NCBI GenBank assembly: GCA_964016885.1
Contig: OZ024741.1
Location: 24,676,001-24,740,000, forward strand
Reading direction: 5' to 3'
Origin: Eledone cirrhosa
Taxonomy: Eukaryota
DNA: 64,000 nucleotides
Shown: positions 1-15,679 of the stretch, one piece after another
Layout of the letters: the number at the start of each line of letters is the position of its first letter
Position numbering within the stretch: position 1 is the stretch's first letter
The notes under the pieces: model-generated
What the model was told of the DNA's origin: nothing
The model's database searches: none
What the model saw: the letters and a program-made list of their open reading frames with translations, nothing else
Made by a program: the position numbers and the translations under genes

Positions 1-2239
1 CTCTCAGTCAGGTATATATATATATATACTCTCTTAATCAGGTATATATACTCTCTCAGTCAGGTATATATACTCTCTCAGTCAGGTATATATACTCTCT
101 CAGTCAGGTATATATATATATACTCTCTTAGTCAGGTATATATACACTCTCTCAGTCAGTTATATATATACTCTCTCAGTCAGGTATATATACTCTCTCA
201 TTCAGGTATATATACTCTCTCAGTCAGGTATATATACTCTCTCAGTCAGGTATATATACTCTCTCAGTCAGGTATATATACTCTCTCAGTCAGGTATATA
301 TACTCTCTCAGTCAGGTATATATATACTCTCTCAGTCAGGTATATATACTCTCTCAGTCAGGTATATATACTCTCTCAGCCAGGTATATATACTCTCTCA
401 GTCAGGTATATATACTCTCTCAGCCAGGTATATATACTCTCTCAGTCAGATATATATACTCTCTCAGTAAGGTATATGTATACTCTCTCAGTCAGGTATA
501 TATACTCTCTCAGTCAGGTATATATACTCTCTCAGCCAGGTATATATACTCTCTCAGTCAGATATATATACTCTCTCAGTAAGGTATATATACTCTCTCA
601 GTCAGGTATATATACTCTCTCAGTCAGGTATATATATATATACTCTCTCAGTCAGGTATATATATATATACTCTCTTAGTCAGGTATATACACTCTCTCA
701 GTCAGTTATATATATACTCTCTCAGTCAGATATATATACTCTCTCAGTCAGGTATATATACTCTCTCAGTCAGGTATATATACTCTCTCAGTCAGGTATA
801 TATACTCTCTCAGTCAGGTATATATACTCTCTCAGTCAGGTATATATACTCTCTCAGTCAGGTATATATATACTCTCTCAGTCAGGTATATATACTCTCT
901 CAGTCAGGTATATATACTCTCTCAGCCAGGTATATATACTCTCTCAGTCAGATATATATACTCTCTCAGTAAGGTATATATACTCTCTCAGTCAGGTATA
1001 TATACTCTTTCAGTCAGGTATATATACTCTCTCAGTCAGGTATATATATACTCTCTCAGTCAGGTATATATACTCTCTCAGTCAGGTATATATACTCTCT
1101 CAGTCAGGTATATACACTCTCTCAGTCAGGTATATACACTCTCTCAGTCAGGTATATATACTCTCTCAGTCAGGTATATATATACTCTCTCAGTCAGATA
1201 TATATATATATACTCTCTTAGTCAGGTATATATATATACTCTCTCAGTCAGGTATATATATACTCTCTCAGTCAGATATATATATATACTCTCTCAGTCA
1301 GGTATATATACTCTTTCAGTCAGGTATATATACTCTCTCAGTCAGGTATATATAATCTCTCAGTCAGGTATATATAATCTCTAAGTCAGGTATATATACT
1401 CTCTCAGTCAGGTATATATACTCTCTTAGTCAGGTATATATACTCTCTCAGTCAGAGATATATATATATACTCTCTCAGACAGGTATATATACTCTCTCA
1501 GTCAGGTATATATAATCTCTCAGTCAGGTATATATACTCTCTCAGTCAGGTATATATACTCTCTCAGTCAGATATATATACTCTCTCAGTCAGGGATATA
1601 CACTCTCTCAGTCAGATATATATACTCTCTCAGTCAGGTATATATATATACTCTCTCAGTCAGGTATATATACTCTCTCAGTCAGGTATATATACTCTCT
1701 CAGTCAGGTATATATATACTCTCTCAGTGAGGTATATATACTCTCTCAGTGAGGTATATATACTCTCTCAGTCAGGTATATATACTCTCTCAGTCAGGTA
1801 TATATATATATACTCTCTTAGTCAGATATATATACACTCTCTCAGTCAGTTATATATATACTCTCTCAGTCAGGTATATATACTCTCTCAGTCAGGTATA
1901 TATACTCTCTCAGTCAGGTATATATATATATACTCTCTCAGTCAGGTATATATATATATACTCTCTTAGTCAGGTATATACACTCTCTCAGTCAGTTATA
2001 TATATACTCTCTCAGTCAGATATATATACTCTCTCAGTCAGGTATATATACTCTCTCAGTCAGGTATATATAATCTCTAAGTCAGGTATATATACTCTCT
2101 CAGTCAGGTATATATACTCTCTCAGTCAGGTATATATATACTCTCTCAGTCAGGTATATATACTCTCTCAGTCAGCTATATATACTCTCTCAGTCAGGTA
2201 TATATACTCTCTCAGTCAGGTATATATATACTCTCTCAG

Positions 2240-3090
2240 TCAGGTATATATATATACACTCTCTCAGTCAGGTATATATAATCTCTCAGTCAGATATATA
2301 TACTCTCTCAGTCAGGTATATATATACTCTCTCAGTCAAATATATATACTCTCTCAGTCAGGTATATATACTCTCTCAGTCAGGTATATATATACTCTCT
2401 CAGTCAGGTATATATACTCTCTCAGTCAGGTATATATACTCTCTCAGTCAGGTATATACACTCTCTCAGTCAGGTATATACACTCTCTCAGTCAGGTATA
2501 TATACTCTCTCAGTCAGGTATATATATACTCTCTCAATCAGATATATATATATATACTCTCTTAGTCAGGTATATATATATACTCTCTCAGTCACGTATA
2601 TATATACTCTCTCAGTCAGATATATAGATATACTCTCTCAGTCAGGTATATATACTCTCTCAGTCAGGTATATATACTCTCTCAGTCAGGTATATATATA
2701 CTCTCTCAGTCAGGTATATATACTCTCTCAGTCAGGTATATATATATACACTCTCTCAGTCAGGTATATATAATCTCTCAGTCAGATATATATACTCTCT
2801 CAGTCAGGTATATATACTCTCTCAGTCAAATATATATACTCTCTCAGTCAGGTATATATACTCTCTCAGTCAGGTATATATATACTCTCTCAGTCAGGTA
2901 TATACACTCTCTCTCAGTCAGGTATATACACTCTGTCAGTCAGGTATATATACTCTCTCAGTCAGGTATATATATATACTCTCTCAATCAGATATATATA
3001 TATATACTCTCTTAGTCAGGTATATATACTCTCTCAGTCACGTATATATATACTCTCTCAGTCAGATATATAGATATACTCTCTCAGTCA
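2240..3090 (+). repeat. Local ~0.45-0.49 kb diverged duplication
   Basis: Rare variants GTCAAATA, CAATCAGA, CACGTATA and TATAGATATAC occur in the same order at ~2335-2630 and again at ~2825-3080. Confidence 0.8.
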
Positions 3091-4059
3091 GGTATATATA
3101 CTCTCTCTGTCAGGTATATATATACTCTCTCAGTCAGGTATATATAATCTCTCAGTCAGGTATATATATATATACTCTCTTAATCAGGTATATATACTCT
3201 CTCAGTCAGGTATATATACTCTCTCAGTCAGGTATATATACTCTCAGTCAGGTATATATACTCTCTCAGTCAGGTATATATACTCTCTCAGTCAGGTATA
3301 TATATATATATACACTCTTAGTCAGGTATATATACACTCTCTCAGTCAGTTATATATATACTCTCTCAGTCAGGTATATATACTCTCTCAGTCAGGTATA
3401 TATACTCTCTCAGTTAGGTATATATACTCTCTCAGTCAGGTATATATACTCTCTCAGTCAGGTATATATATATATACTCTCTCAGTCAGGTATATATATA
3501 TATACTCTCTTAGTCAGGTATATACACTCTCTCAGTCAGTTATATATATACTCTCTCAGTCAGATATATATACTCTCTCAGTCAGGTATATATACTCTCA
3601 GTCAGGTATATATACTCTCTCAGTCAGGTATATATACTCTCTCAGTCAGATATATATATACTCTATCAGTCAGGTATATATATACTCTCTCAGTCAGGTA
3701 TATATACTCTCTCAGTCAGGTATATATATACTCTCTCAGTCAGGTATATATACTCTCTCAGTCAGGTATATATACTCTCTCAGTCAGGTATATACACTCT
3801 CTCAGTTAGGTATATACACTCTCTCAGTCAGGTATATATACTCTCTCAGTCAGGTATATATATACTCTCTCAGTCATATATATATATATATACTCTCTTA
3901 GTCAGGTATATATATATACTCTCTCAGTCAGGTATATATATACTCTCTCAGTCAGATATATATATATACTCTCTCAGTCAGGTATATATATACTCTCTCA
4001 GTCAGGTATATATACTCTCTCAGTCAGGTATATATAATCTCTCAGTCAGGTATATATAC

Positions 4060-7000
4060 TCTCTTAGTCAGGTATATATACTCTCAGTCAGGTATATATA
4101 CTCTCTCAGTCAGGTATATATATATATACTCTCTTAGTCAGGTATATATACTCTCTCAGTCAGAGATATATATATATATATACTCTCTCAGACAGGTATA
4201 TATACTCTCTCAGTCAGGTATATATAATCTCTCAGTCAGGTATATACACTCTCTCAGTCAGATATATATACTCTCTCAGTCAGGTATATATATATACTCT
4301 CTCAGTCAGGTATATATACTCTCTCAGTCAGGTATATATACTCTCTCAGTCAGGTATATATATACTCTCTCAGTGAGGTATATATATACTCTCTCAGTCA
4401 GGTATATATACTCTCTCAGTCAGGTATATATATATATACTCTCTTAGTCAGGTATATATACACTCTCTCAGTCAGTTATATATATACTCTCTCAGTCAGG
4501 TATATATACTCTCTCAGTCAGGTATATATACTCTCTCAGTCAGGTATATATATATATACTCTCTCAGTCAGGTATATATATATATACTCTCTTAGTCAGG
4601 TATATACACTCTCTCAGTCAGTTATATATATACTCTCTCAGTCAGATATATATACTCTCTCAGTCAGGTATATATACTCTCTCAGTCAGGTATATATAAT
4701 CTCTAAGTCAGGTATATATACTCTCTCAGTCAGGTATATATACTCTCTCAGTCAGGTATATATACTCTCTCAGTCAGGTATATATACTCTCTCAGTCAGG
4801 TATATATACTCTCTCAGTCAGGTATATATATACTCTCTCAGTCAGGTATATATACTCTCTCAGTCAGGTATATATACTCTCTCAGTCAGGTATGAATACT
4901 CTCTCAGTCAGGTATATATATATACACTCTCTCAGTCAGGTATATATAATTTCTCAGTCAGATATATATACTCTCTCAGTCAGGTATATATACTCTCTCA
5001 GTCAGGCATATATACTCTCACAGTCAGGTATATATAATCTCTCAGTCAGGTATATATACTCTCTCAGTCAGGTATATATAGTCTCTCAGTCAGGTATATA
5101 TATACTCTCTGTCAGGTATATATATATACTCTCTCAGTCAGGTATATATACTCTCTCAGTCAGGTATATATACTCTCTCAGTCAGGTATATATGCTCTCT
5201 CAGTCAGGTATATATACTCTCTCAGTCAGGTATATGTACTCTCTCAGTCAGGTATATATGCTCTCTCAGTCAGGTATATATACTCTCTCAGTCAGGTATA
5301 TATACTCTCTCAGTCAGGTATATATATACTCTCTCAGTCAGATATATATATAGATACTGTCTTAGTCAGGTATATATATATACTCTCTCAGTCAGGTATA
5401 TATATACTCTCTCAGTCAGATATATATATATACTCTCTCAGTCAGGTATATATACTCTCTCAGTCAGGTATATATACTCTCTCAGTCAGGTATATATAAT
5501 CTCTCAGTCAGGTATATATACTCTCTCAGTCAGATATATATATATACTCTCTTAGTCAGGTATATATACTCTCTCAGTCAGGTATATATACTCTCTCAGT
5601 CAGGTATATATATATATACTCTCTTAGTCAGGTATATATACTCTCTCAGTCAGGTATATATAATCTCTCAGTCAGGTATATATAGTCTCTCAGTCAGGTA
5701 TATATACACTCTATCAGTCAGATATATATACTCTCTCAGTCAGGTATATATATATATACTCTCTCAGTCAGGTATATATACTCTCTCAGTCAGGTATATA
5801 TACTCTCTCAGTCAGGTATATATATACTCTCTCAGTCAGGTATATATATACTCTCTCAGTCAGGTATATATACTCTCTCAGTCAGGTATATATATATATA
5901 TACTCTCTTAGTCAGGTATATACATACTCTCTCAGTCAGGTATATATACACTCTCTCAGTCAGGTATATATACTCTCTCAGTCAAATATATATACTCTCT
6001 CAGTCAGGTATATATACTCTCTCAGTCAGGTATATATACTCTCTCAGTCAGGTATATATATACTCTCTCAGTCAGGTATATATACTCTCTCAGTCAGGTA
6101 TATACACTCTCTCAGTCAGATATATATACTCTCTCAGTCAGGTATATATGTACTCTCTCAGTCAGGTATATACACTCTCTCAGTCAGGTATATACACTCT
6201 CTCAGTCAGGTATATATACTCTCTCAGTCAGGTATATATATACTCTCTCAATCAGATATATATATATATACTCTCTTAGTCAGGTATATATAATCTCTCA
6301 GTCAGGTATATATATATATATATACTCTCTTAGTCAGGTATATATACACTCTCTCAGTCAGTTATATATATACTCTCTCAGTCAGGTATATATACTCTCT
6401 CAGTCAGGTATATATATATATACTCTCTCAGTCAGGTATATATATATATACTCTCTTAGTCAGGTATATACACTCTCTCAGTCAGTTATATATATACTCT
6501 CTCAGTCAGATATATATACTCTCTCAGTCAGGTATATATACTCTCTCAGTCAGGTATATATAATCTCTAAGTCAGGTATATATACTCTGTCAGTCAGGTA
6601 TATATACTCTCTCAGTCAGGTATATATACTCTCTCAGTCAGGTATATATACTCTCTCAGTCAGGTATATATACTCTCTCAGTCAGGTATATATATACTCT
6701 CTCAGTAAGTTATATATACTCTCTCAGTCAGGTATATATACTCTCTCAGTCAGGTATATATACTCTCTCAGTCAGGTATATATATATACACTCTCTCAGT
6801 CAGGTATATATAATCTCTCAGTCAGATATATATACTCTCTCAGTCAGGTATATATACTCTCTCAGTCAGGTATATATAATCTCTCAGTCAGGTATATATA
6901 CTCTCTCAGTCAGATATATATATATATACTCTCTTAGTCAGGTATATATACTCTCAGTCAGGTATATATACTCTCTCAGTCAGGTATATATATATATACT

Positions 7001-8750
7001 CTCTTAGTCAGGTATATATACTCTCTCAGTCAGAGATATATATATATACTCTCTCAGACAGGTATATATACTCTCTCAGTCAGGTATATATAATCTCTCA
7101 GTCAGGTATATACACTCTCTCAGTCAGATATATATACTCTCTCAGTCAGGTATATATATATACTCTCTCAGTCAGGTATATATACTCTCTCAGTCAGGTA
7201 TATATACTCTCTCAGTCAGGTATATATATACTCTCTCAGTGAGGTATATATATACTCTCTCAGTCAGGTATATATACTCTCTCAGTCAGGTATATATATA
7301 TATATACTCTCTTAGTCAGGTATATATACACTCTCTCAGTCAGTTATATATATACTCTCTCAGTCAGGTATATATACTCTCTCAGTCAGGTATATATACT
7401 CTCTCAGTCAGGTATATATATATATATAGTCTCTCAGTCAGGTATATATATATATACTCTCTTAGTCAGGTATATACACTCTCTCAGTCAGTTATATATA
7501 TACTCTCTCAGTCAGATATATATACTCTCTCAGTCAGGTATATATACTCTCTGTCAGGTATAAATAATCTCTAAGTCAGGTATATATACTCTCTCTGTCA
7601 GGTATATATACTCTCTCAGTCAGGTATATATACTCTCTCAGTCAGGTATATATACTCTCTCAGTCAGGTATATATATACTCTCTCAGTCAGGTATATATA
7701 CTCTCTCAGTCAGGTATATATACTCTCTCAGTCAGGTATGAATACTCTCTCAGTCAGGTATATATTTATACACTCTCTCAGTCAGGTATATATAATTTCT
7801 CAGTCAGATATATATACTCTCTCAGTCAGGTATATATACTCTCTCAGTCAGGCATATATACTCTCACAGTCAGGTATATATAATCTCTCAGTCAGGTATA
7901 TATACTCTCTCAGTCAGGTATATATACTCTCTCAGTCAGGTATATATATACTCTCTGTCAGGTATATATATATACTCTCTCAGTCAGGTATATATACTCT
8001 CTCAGTCAGGTATATATACTCTCTCAGTCAGGTATATATGCTCTCTCAGTCAGGTATATATACTCTCTCAGTCAGGTATATATACTCTCTCAGTCAGGTA
8101 TATATGCTCTCTCAGTCAGGTATATATACTCTCTCAGTCAGGTATATATACTCTCTCAGTCAGGTATATATATACTCTCTCAGTCAGATATATATATAGA
8201 TACTGTCTTAGTCAGGTATATATATATACACTCTCAGTCAGGTATATATATACTCTCTCAGTCAGATATATATATATACTCTCTCAGTCAGGTATATATA
8301 CTCTCTCAGTCAGGTATATATACTCTCTCAGTCAGGTATATATAATCTCTCAGTCAGGTATATATACTCTCTCAGTCAGATATATATATATACTCTCTTA
8401 GTCAGGTATATATACTCTCTCAGTCAGGTATATATACTCTCTCAGTCAGGTATATATATACTCTCTTAGTCAGGTATATATACTCTCTCAGTCAGGTATA
8501 TATAATCTCTCAGTCAGGTATATATACTCTCTCAGTCAGGTATATATACACTCTATCAGTCAGATATATATACTCTCTCAGTCAGGTATATATATATATA
8601 CTCTCTCAGTCAGGTATATATACTCTCTCAGTCAGGTATATATACTCTCTCAGTCAGGTATATATATACTCTCTCAGTCAGGTATATATATACTCTCTCA
8701 GTCAGGTATATATACTCTCTCAGTCAGGTATATATATATATACTCTCTTA
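4060..8750 (+). repeat. ~2.85 kb-offset duplication (about 4060-5900 copied at about 6930-8750)
   Basis: GGTATGAATAC, AATTTCTC, GGCATATA, CTCACAG, TAGATACTGTCTTAG and CTCTATCAG all recur in order. Near-identical pseudo-ORFs start at 4892 and 7738 (offset 2846). Confidence 0.9.
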
Positions 8751-11700
8751 GTCAGTTATATATACACTCTCTCAGTCAGTTATATATATACTCTCTCAGT
8801 CAGGTATATATACTCTCTTAGTCAGGTATATATACTCTCTCAGTCAGGTATATATAATCTGTCAGTCAGGTATATATACTCTCTCAGTCAGGTATATATA
8901 CACTCTCTCAGTCAGGTATATATACTCTCTCAGTCAAATATCTATACTCTCTCAGTCATGTATATATACTCTCTCAGTCAGGTATATATACTCTCTCAGT
9001 CAGGTATATATATACTCTCTCAGTCAGGTATATATACTCTCTCAGTCAGGTATATATATATATACTCACTCAGTCAGATATATATACTCTCTCAGTCAGG
9101 TATATATACTCTCTCAGTCAGGTATATACACTCTCTCAGTCAGGTATATACACTCTCTCAGTCAGGTATATATACTCTCTCAGTCAGGTATATATATACT
9201 CTCTCAATCAGATATATATATATATACTCTCTTAGTCAGGTATATATACTCTCTCAGTCAGGTATATATATATATACTCTCTTAGTCAGGTATATATACA
9301 CTCTCTCAGTCAGTTATATATATACTCTCTCAGTCAGGTATATATACTCTCTCAGTCAGGTATATATATATATACTCTCTCAGTCAGGTATATATATATA
9401 TACTCTCTTAGTCAGGTATATATACTCTCTCAGTCAGTTATATATATACTCTCTCAGTCAGATATATATACTCTCTCAGTCAGGTATATATACTCTCTCA
9501 GTCAGGTAGATATAATCTCTAAGTCAGGTATATATACTCTCTCAGTCAGGTATATATACTCTCTGAGTCAGGTATATATACTCTTTCAGTCAGGTATATA
9601 TACTCTCTCAGTCAGGTATATATACTCTCTCAGTCAGGTATATATACTCTCTCAGTCAGGTATATATATACTCTCTCAGTCAGGTATATATACTCTCTCA
9701 GTCAGGTATATATACTCTCTGTCAGGTATATATATATACTCTCTCAGTCAGGTATATATACTCTCTCAGTCAGGTATATATACTCTCTCAGTCAGGTATA
9801 TATGCTCTCTCAGTCAGGTATATATACTCTCTCAGTCAGGTATATATACTCTCTCAGTCAGGTATATATATACTCTCTCCGTCAGGTATATATATACTCT
9901 CTCAGTCAGATATATATATACTGTCTTAGTCAGGTATATATATATACTCTCTCAGTCAGGTATATATATACTGTCTTAGTCAGGTATATATATATACTCT
10001 CTCAGTCAGTTATATATAATCTCTCAGTCAGGTATATATACTCTCTCAGTCAGGTATATATATATATACTCTCTTAGTCAGGTATATATACTCTCTCAGT
10101 CAGGTATATATATACTCTCTTACTCAGGTATATATACACTCTCTCAGTCAGTTATATATATACTCTCTCAGTCAGGTATATATACTCTCTCAGTCAGGTA
10201 TATATATATATACTCTCTTAGTCAGGTATATATACTCTCTCAGTCAGGTATATATATTCTCTCAGTCAGGTATATATATATATATACTCTCTCAGTCAGG
10301 TATATATATATATACTCTCTTAGTCAGGTATATACACTCTCTGAGTCAGTTATATATACTCTCTCAGTCAGGTATATATAATCTCTCAGTCAGGTATATA
10401 TACTCTCTCAGTCAGGTATATATACTATCTCAGTCAGGTATATATATATACTCTCTCAGTGAGATGTATATACTCTCTCAGTCAGGTATATATACTCTCT
10501 CAGTCAGGTATATATACTCTCTCAGTCAGGTATATATAATCTCTCAGTCAGGTATATATACTCTCTCAGTCAGGTATATATACTCTCTCAGTCAGATATA
10601 TATATACTCTCAGTCAGGTATATATACTCTCTCAGTCAGGTATATATACTCTCTCAGTCAGGTATATATAATCTCTCAGTCAGATATATATACTCTCTCA
10701 GTCAGGTATATATATACTCTCTCAGTCAGGTATATATACTCTCTCAGTCAGGTATATATACTCTCTCAGTCAGGTATATATACTCTCTCAGTCAGGTATA
10801 TATACTCTCTCAGTCAGGTATATACACTCTCTCAGTCAGGTATATACACTCTCTCAGTCAGGTATATATACTCTCTCAGTCAGGTATATATATACTCTCT
10901 CAATCAGATATATATATATATACTCTCTCAGTCAGGTATATATACTCTATCAGTCAGGTATATATACTCTCTCAGTCAGGTATATATAATCTCTCAGTCA
11001 GGTATATATATATACTCTCTTAGTCAGGTATATAGACTCTCAGTCAGGTATATATACTCTCTCAGTCAGGTATATATATATATACTCTCTTAATCAGGTA
11101 TATATATATATACTCTCTTAATCAGGTATATATACTCTCAGTCAGAGATATATATATATATACTCTCTCAGACAGGTATCTATACTCTCTCAGTCAGGTA
11201 TATATAATCTCTCAGTCAGGTATATATACTCTCTCAGTCAGGTATATATACACTCTCTCAGTCAGATATATATACTCTCTCAGTCAGGTATATATACTCT
11301 CTCAGTCAGGTATATATACTCTCTCAGTCAGGTATATATAATCTCTCAGTCAGGTATATATACTCTCTCAGTCAGGTATATATACACTCTCTCAGTCAGG
11401 TATATATATACTCTCTCAGTCAGGTATATATATACTCTCTCAGTCAGGAATATATACTCTCTCAGTCAGGTATATATACTCTCTCAGTCAGGTATATATA
11501 CTCTCTCAGTCAGGTATATATACTCCTCAGTCAGGTATATATACTCTTTCAGTTATGTATATATACTCTCTCAGTCAGGTATATATACTCTCTCAGTCAG
11601 GTATATATATACTCTCTCAGTCAGGTATATATACTCTCTCAGTCAGGTATATATATATATACTCTCTCAGTCAGGTATATATATATATACTCTCTTAGTC

Positions 11701-12959
11701 AGGTATATACACTCTCTCTGTCAGTTATATATATACTCTCTCAGTCAGGTATATATACTCTCTCAGTCAGGTATATATACTCTCTCAGTCAGGTATATAT
11801 ACTCTTTTAGTCAGGTATATATACTCTCTCAGTCAGGTATATATACTCTCTCAGTCAGGTATATATATACTCTCTCAGTCAGGTATATATACTCTCTCAG
11901 TCAGGTACATATACTCTCTCAGTCAGGTATATATACTCTCTCAGTCAGGTATATATATATACACTCTCTCAGTCAGGTATATATAATCTCTCAGTCAGAT
12001 ATATATACTCTCTCAGTCAGGTATATATACTCTCTCAGTCAGGTATATATACTCTCTCAGTCAGTTATATATAATCTCTCAGTCAGGTATATATACTCTC
12101 TCAGTCAGGTATATATACTGTCTCAGTCAGGTATATATATACTCTCTCAGTCAGTTATATATATATACTCTCTCAGTCAGGTATATATACTCTCTCAGTC
12201 AGGTATATATACTCTCTCAGTCAGGTATATATACTCTCTCAGTCAGGTATATATACTCTCTCAGTCAGGTATATATATACTCTCTCAGTCAGATATATAT
12301 ATATATACTCTCTTAGTCAGGTATATATATATACTCTCTCAGTCAGGTATATATATACTCTCTCAGTCAGATATATATATATATACTCTCTCAGTCAGGT
12401 ATATATACTCTCTCAGTCAGGTATATATACTCTCTCAGTCAGGTATATATAATCTCTTAGTCAGGTATATATACTCTCTCAGTCAGGTATATATACTCCT
12501 CTCAGTCAGGTATATATATATATATACTCTCTTAGTCAGGTATATATACTCTCTCAGTCAGGTATATATAATCTCTCAGTCAGGTATATATACTCTCTCA
12601 GTCAGGTATATATACACTCTCTCAGTCAGATATATATACTCTCTCAGTCAGGTATATATATATATACTCTCTCAGTCAGGTATATATACTCTCTCAGTCA
12701 GGTATATATACTCTCTCAGTCAGGTATATATACTCTCTCAGTCAGGTATATATATATATACTCTCTCAGTCAGGTATATATATATATATACTCTCTTAGT
12801 CAGGTATATATACACTCTCTCAGTCAGTTATATATATACTCTCTCAGTCAGGTATATATACTCTCTCAGTCAGGTATATATATATATATACTCTCTCAGT
12901 CAAGTATATATATATATATACTCTCTTAGTCAGGTATATATACTCTCTCAGTCAGGTAT

Positions 12960-15100
12960 ATATACTCTCTTAATCAGGTATATATACTCTCTCAGTCAGA
13001 GATATATATATATACTCTCTCAGACAGGTATCTATACTCTCTCAGTCAGGTATATATATATATACTCTCTCAGTCAGATATATATACTCTCTCAGTCAGG
13101 TATATATATAATCTCTCAGTCAGGTATATATACTCTCTCAGTCAGATATATATACTCTCTCAGTCAGTTATATATATACTCTCTCAGTCAGGTATATATA
13201 CTCTCTCAGTCAGGTATATATATATATACTCTCTCAGTCAGGTATATATATATATACTCTCTTAGTCAGGTATATATACTCTCTCAGTCAGGTATATATA
13301 CTCTCTCAGTCAGGTATATATATATATATATACTCTCTCAGTCAGGTATATATATATATACTCTCTTAGTCAGGTATATACACTCTCTCAGTCAGTTATA
13401 TATACTCTCTCAGTCAGGTATATATAATCTCTCAGTCAGGTATATATACTCTCTCAGTCAGGTATATATACTCTCTCAGTCAGATATATATACTCTCTCA
13501 GTCTGGTATATATACTCTCTCAGTCACGTATATATACTCTCTCAGTCAGGTATATATAATCTCTAAGTCAGGTATATATACTCTCTCAGTCAGGTATATA
13601 TACTCTCTCAGTCAGATATATATACTCTCTCAGTCAGGTATATATACTCTCTCAGTCAGGTATATATACTCTCTCAGTCAGGTATATATAATCTCTCATT
13701 CAGATATATATACTCTCTCAGTCAGGTATATATATACTCTCTCAGTCAGGTATATATACTCTCTCAGTCAGGTATATATACTCTCTCAGTCAGGTATATA
13801 TACTCTCTCAGTCAGGTATATATACTCTCTCAGTCAGGTATATATATACTCTCTCAATCAGATATATATATATATACTCTCTTAGTCAGGTATATATATA
13901 TACTCTCTTAATCAGGTATATATACTCTCAGTCAGAGATATATATATATACTCTCTCAGACAGGTATCTATACTCTCTCAGTCAGGTATATATAATCCCT
14001 CAGTCAGGTATATATACACCCTCTCAGTCGGATATATATACTCTCTCAGTCAGGTATATATATATACTCTCTGTCAGGTATATATACTCTCAGTCAGGTA
14101 TATATACTCTCTCAGTCATGTATATATAATCTCTCAGTCAGGTATATATACTCTCTCAGTCAGGTATATATACACTCTCTCAGTCAGGTATATATATACC
14201 CTCTCAGTCAGGTATATATATACTCTCTCAGTCAGGTATATATACTCTCTCAGTCAGGAATATATATATATACTCTCTTAGTCAGGTATATATACACTCT
14301 CTCAGTCAGTTACATATATACTATCTCAGTCAGGTATATATACTCTCTCAGTCAGGTATATATACTCTCTCAGTCAGGTATATATACTCTTTCAGTCAGG
14401 TATATATACTCTCTCAGTCAGGTATATATACTCTCTCAGTCAGGTATATATATACTCTCTCAGTCAGGTATATATACTCTCTCAGTCAGGTATATATACT
14501 CTCTCAGTCAGGTATATATATATATATGCTCTCTCAGTCAGGTATATATATATATACTCTCTTAGTCAGGTATATACACTCTCTCAGTCAGTTATATATA
14601 TACTCTCTCAGTCAGGTATATATACTCTCTCAGTCAGGTATATATACTCTCTCAGTCAGGTATATATACTCTCTCAGTCAGGTATATATACTCTTTCAGT
14701 CAGGTATATATACTCTCTCAGTCAGGTATATATACTCTCTCAGTCAGGTATATATATACTCTCTCAGTCAGGTATATATACTCTCTCAGTCAGGTATATA
14801 TACTCTCTCAGTCAGGTATATATACTCTCTCAGTCAGGTATATATACTCTTTCAGTCAGGTATATATACTCTCTCAGTCAGGTATATATACTCTCTCAGT
14901 CAGGTATATATATACTCTCTCAGTCAGGTATATATAATCTCTCAGTCAGGTATATATACTCTCTCAGTCAGGTATATATACTCTCTCAGTCAGGTATATA
15001 TACTCTCTCAGTCAGGTATATATACTCTCTCAGTCAGGTATATATACTCTCTCAGTCAGGTATATATACACTCTCTCAGTCAGATATATATATATATACT
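12960..15100 (+). repeat. Diverged copy of the block at about 17470-19600 (offset ~4.5 kb)
   Basis: The cassette GGAATATA...GTTACATATATACTATCTC...CTTTCAG is at 14257 and 18727 (offset 4470). GTCTGG is at ~13501 and ~18037. This copy has several private substitutions (ATCCCTC, CACCCTC, GTCGGA, GTCATG). Confidence 0.8.
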
Positions 15101-15679
15101 CTCTTAGTCAGGTATATATATATATACTCTCTCAGTCAGGTATATATATTGTCTCAGTCAGATATATATATATATATACTCTCTCAGTCAGGTATATATA
15201 CTCTCTCAGTCAGGTATATATATACTCTCTCAGTCAGATATATATATATATACTCTCTTAGTCAGGTATATATATATACTCTCTCAGTCAGATATATATA
15301 TATACTCTCTCAGTCAGGTATATATACTCTCTCAGTCAGGTATATATACTCTCTTAGTCAGGTATATATACTCTCTCAGTCAGGTATATATATATATACT
15401 CTCTTAATCAGGTATATATACTCTCTCAGTCAGAGATATATATATATACTCTCTCAGACAGGTATCTATACTCACTCAGTCAGGTATATATAATCTCTCA
15501 GTCAGGTATATATACTCTCTCAGTCAGATATATATACTCTCTCAGTCAGTTATATAAATACTCTCTCAGTCAGGTATATATACTCTCTCAGTCAGGTATA
15601 TATATATATATATACTCTCTCAGTCAGGTATATATACTCTCTCAGACAGGTATATATATATATATACTCTCTCAGTCAG

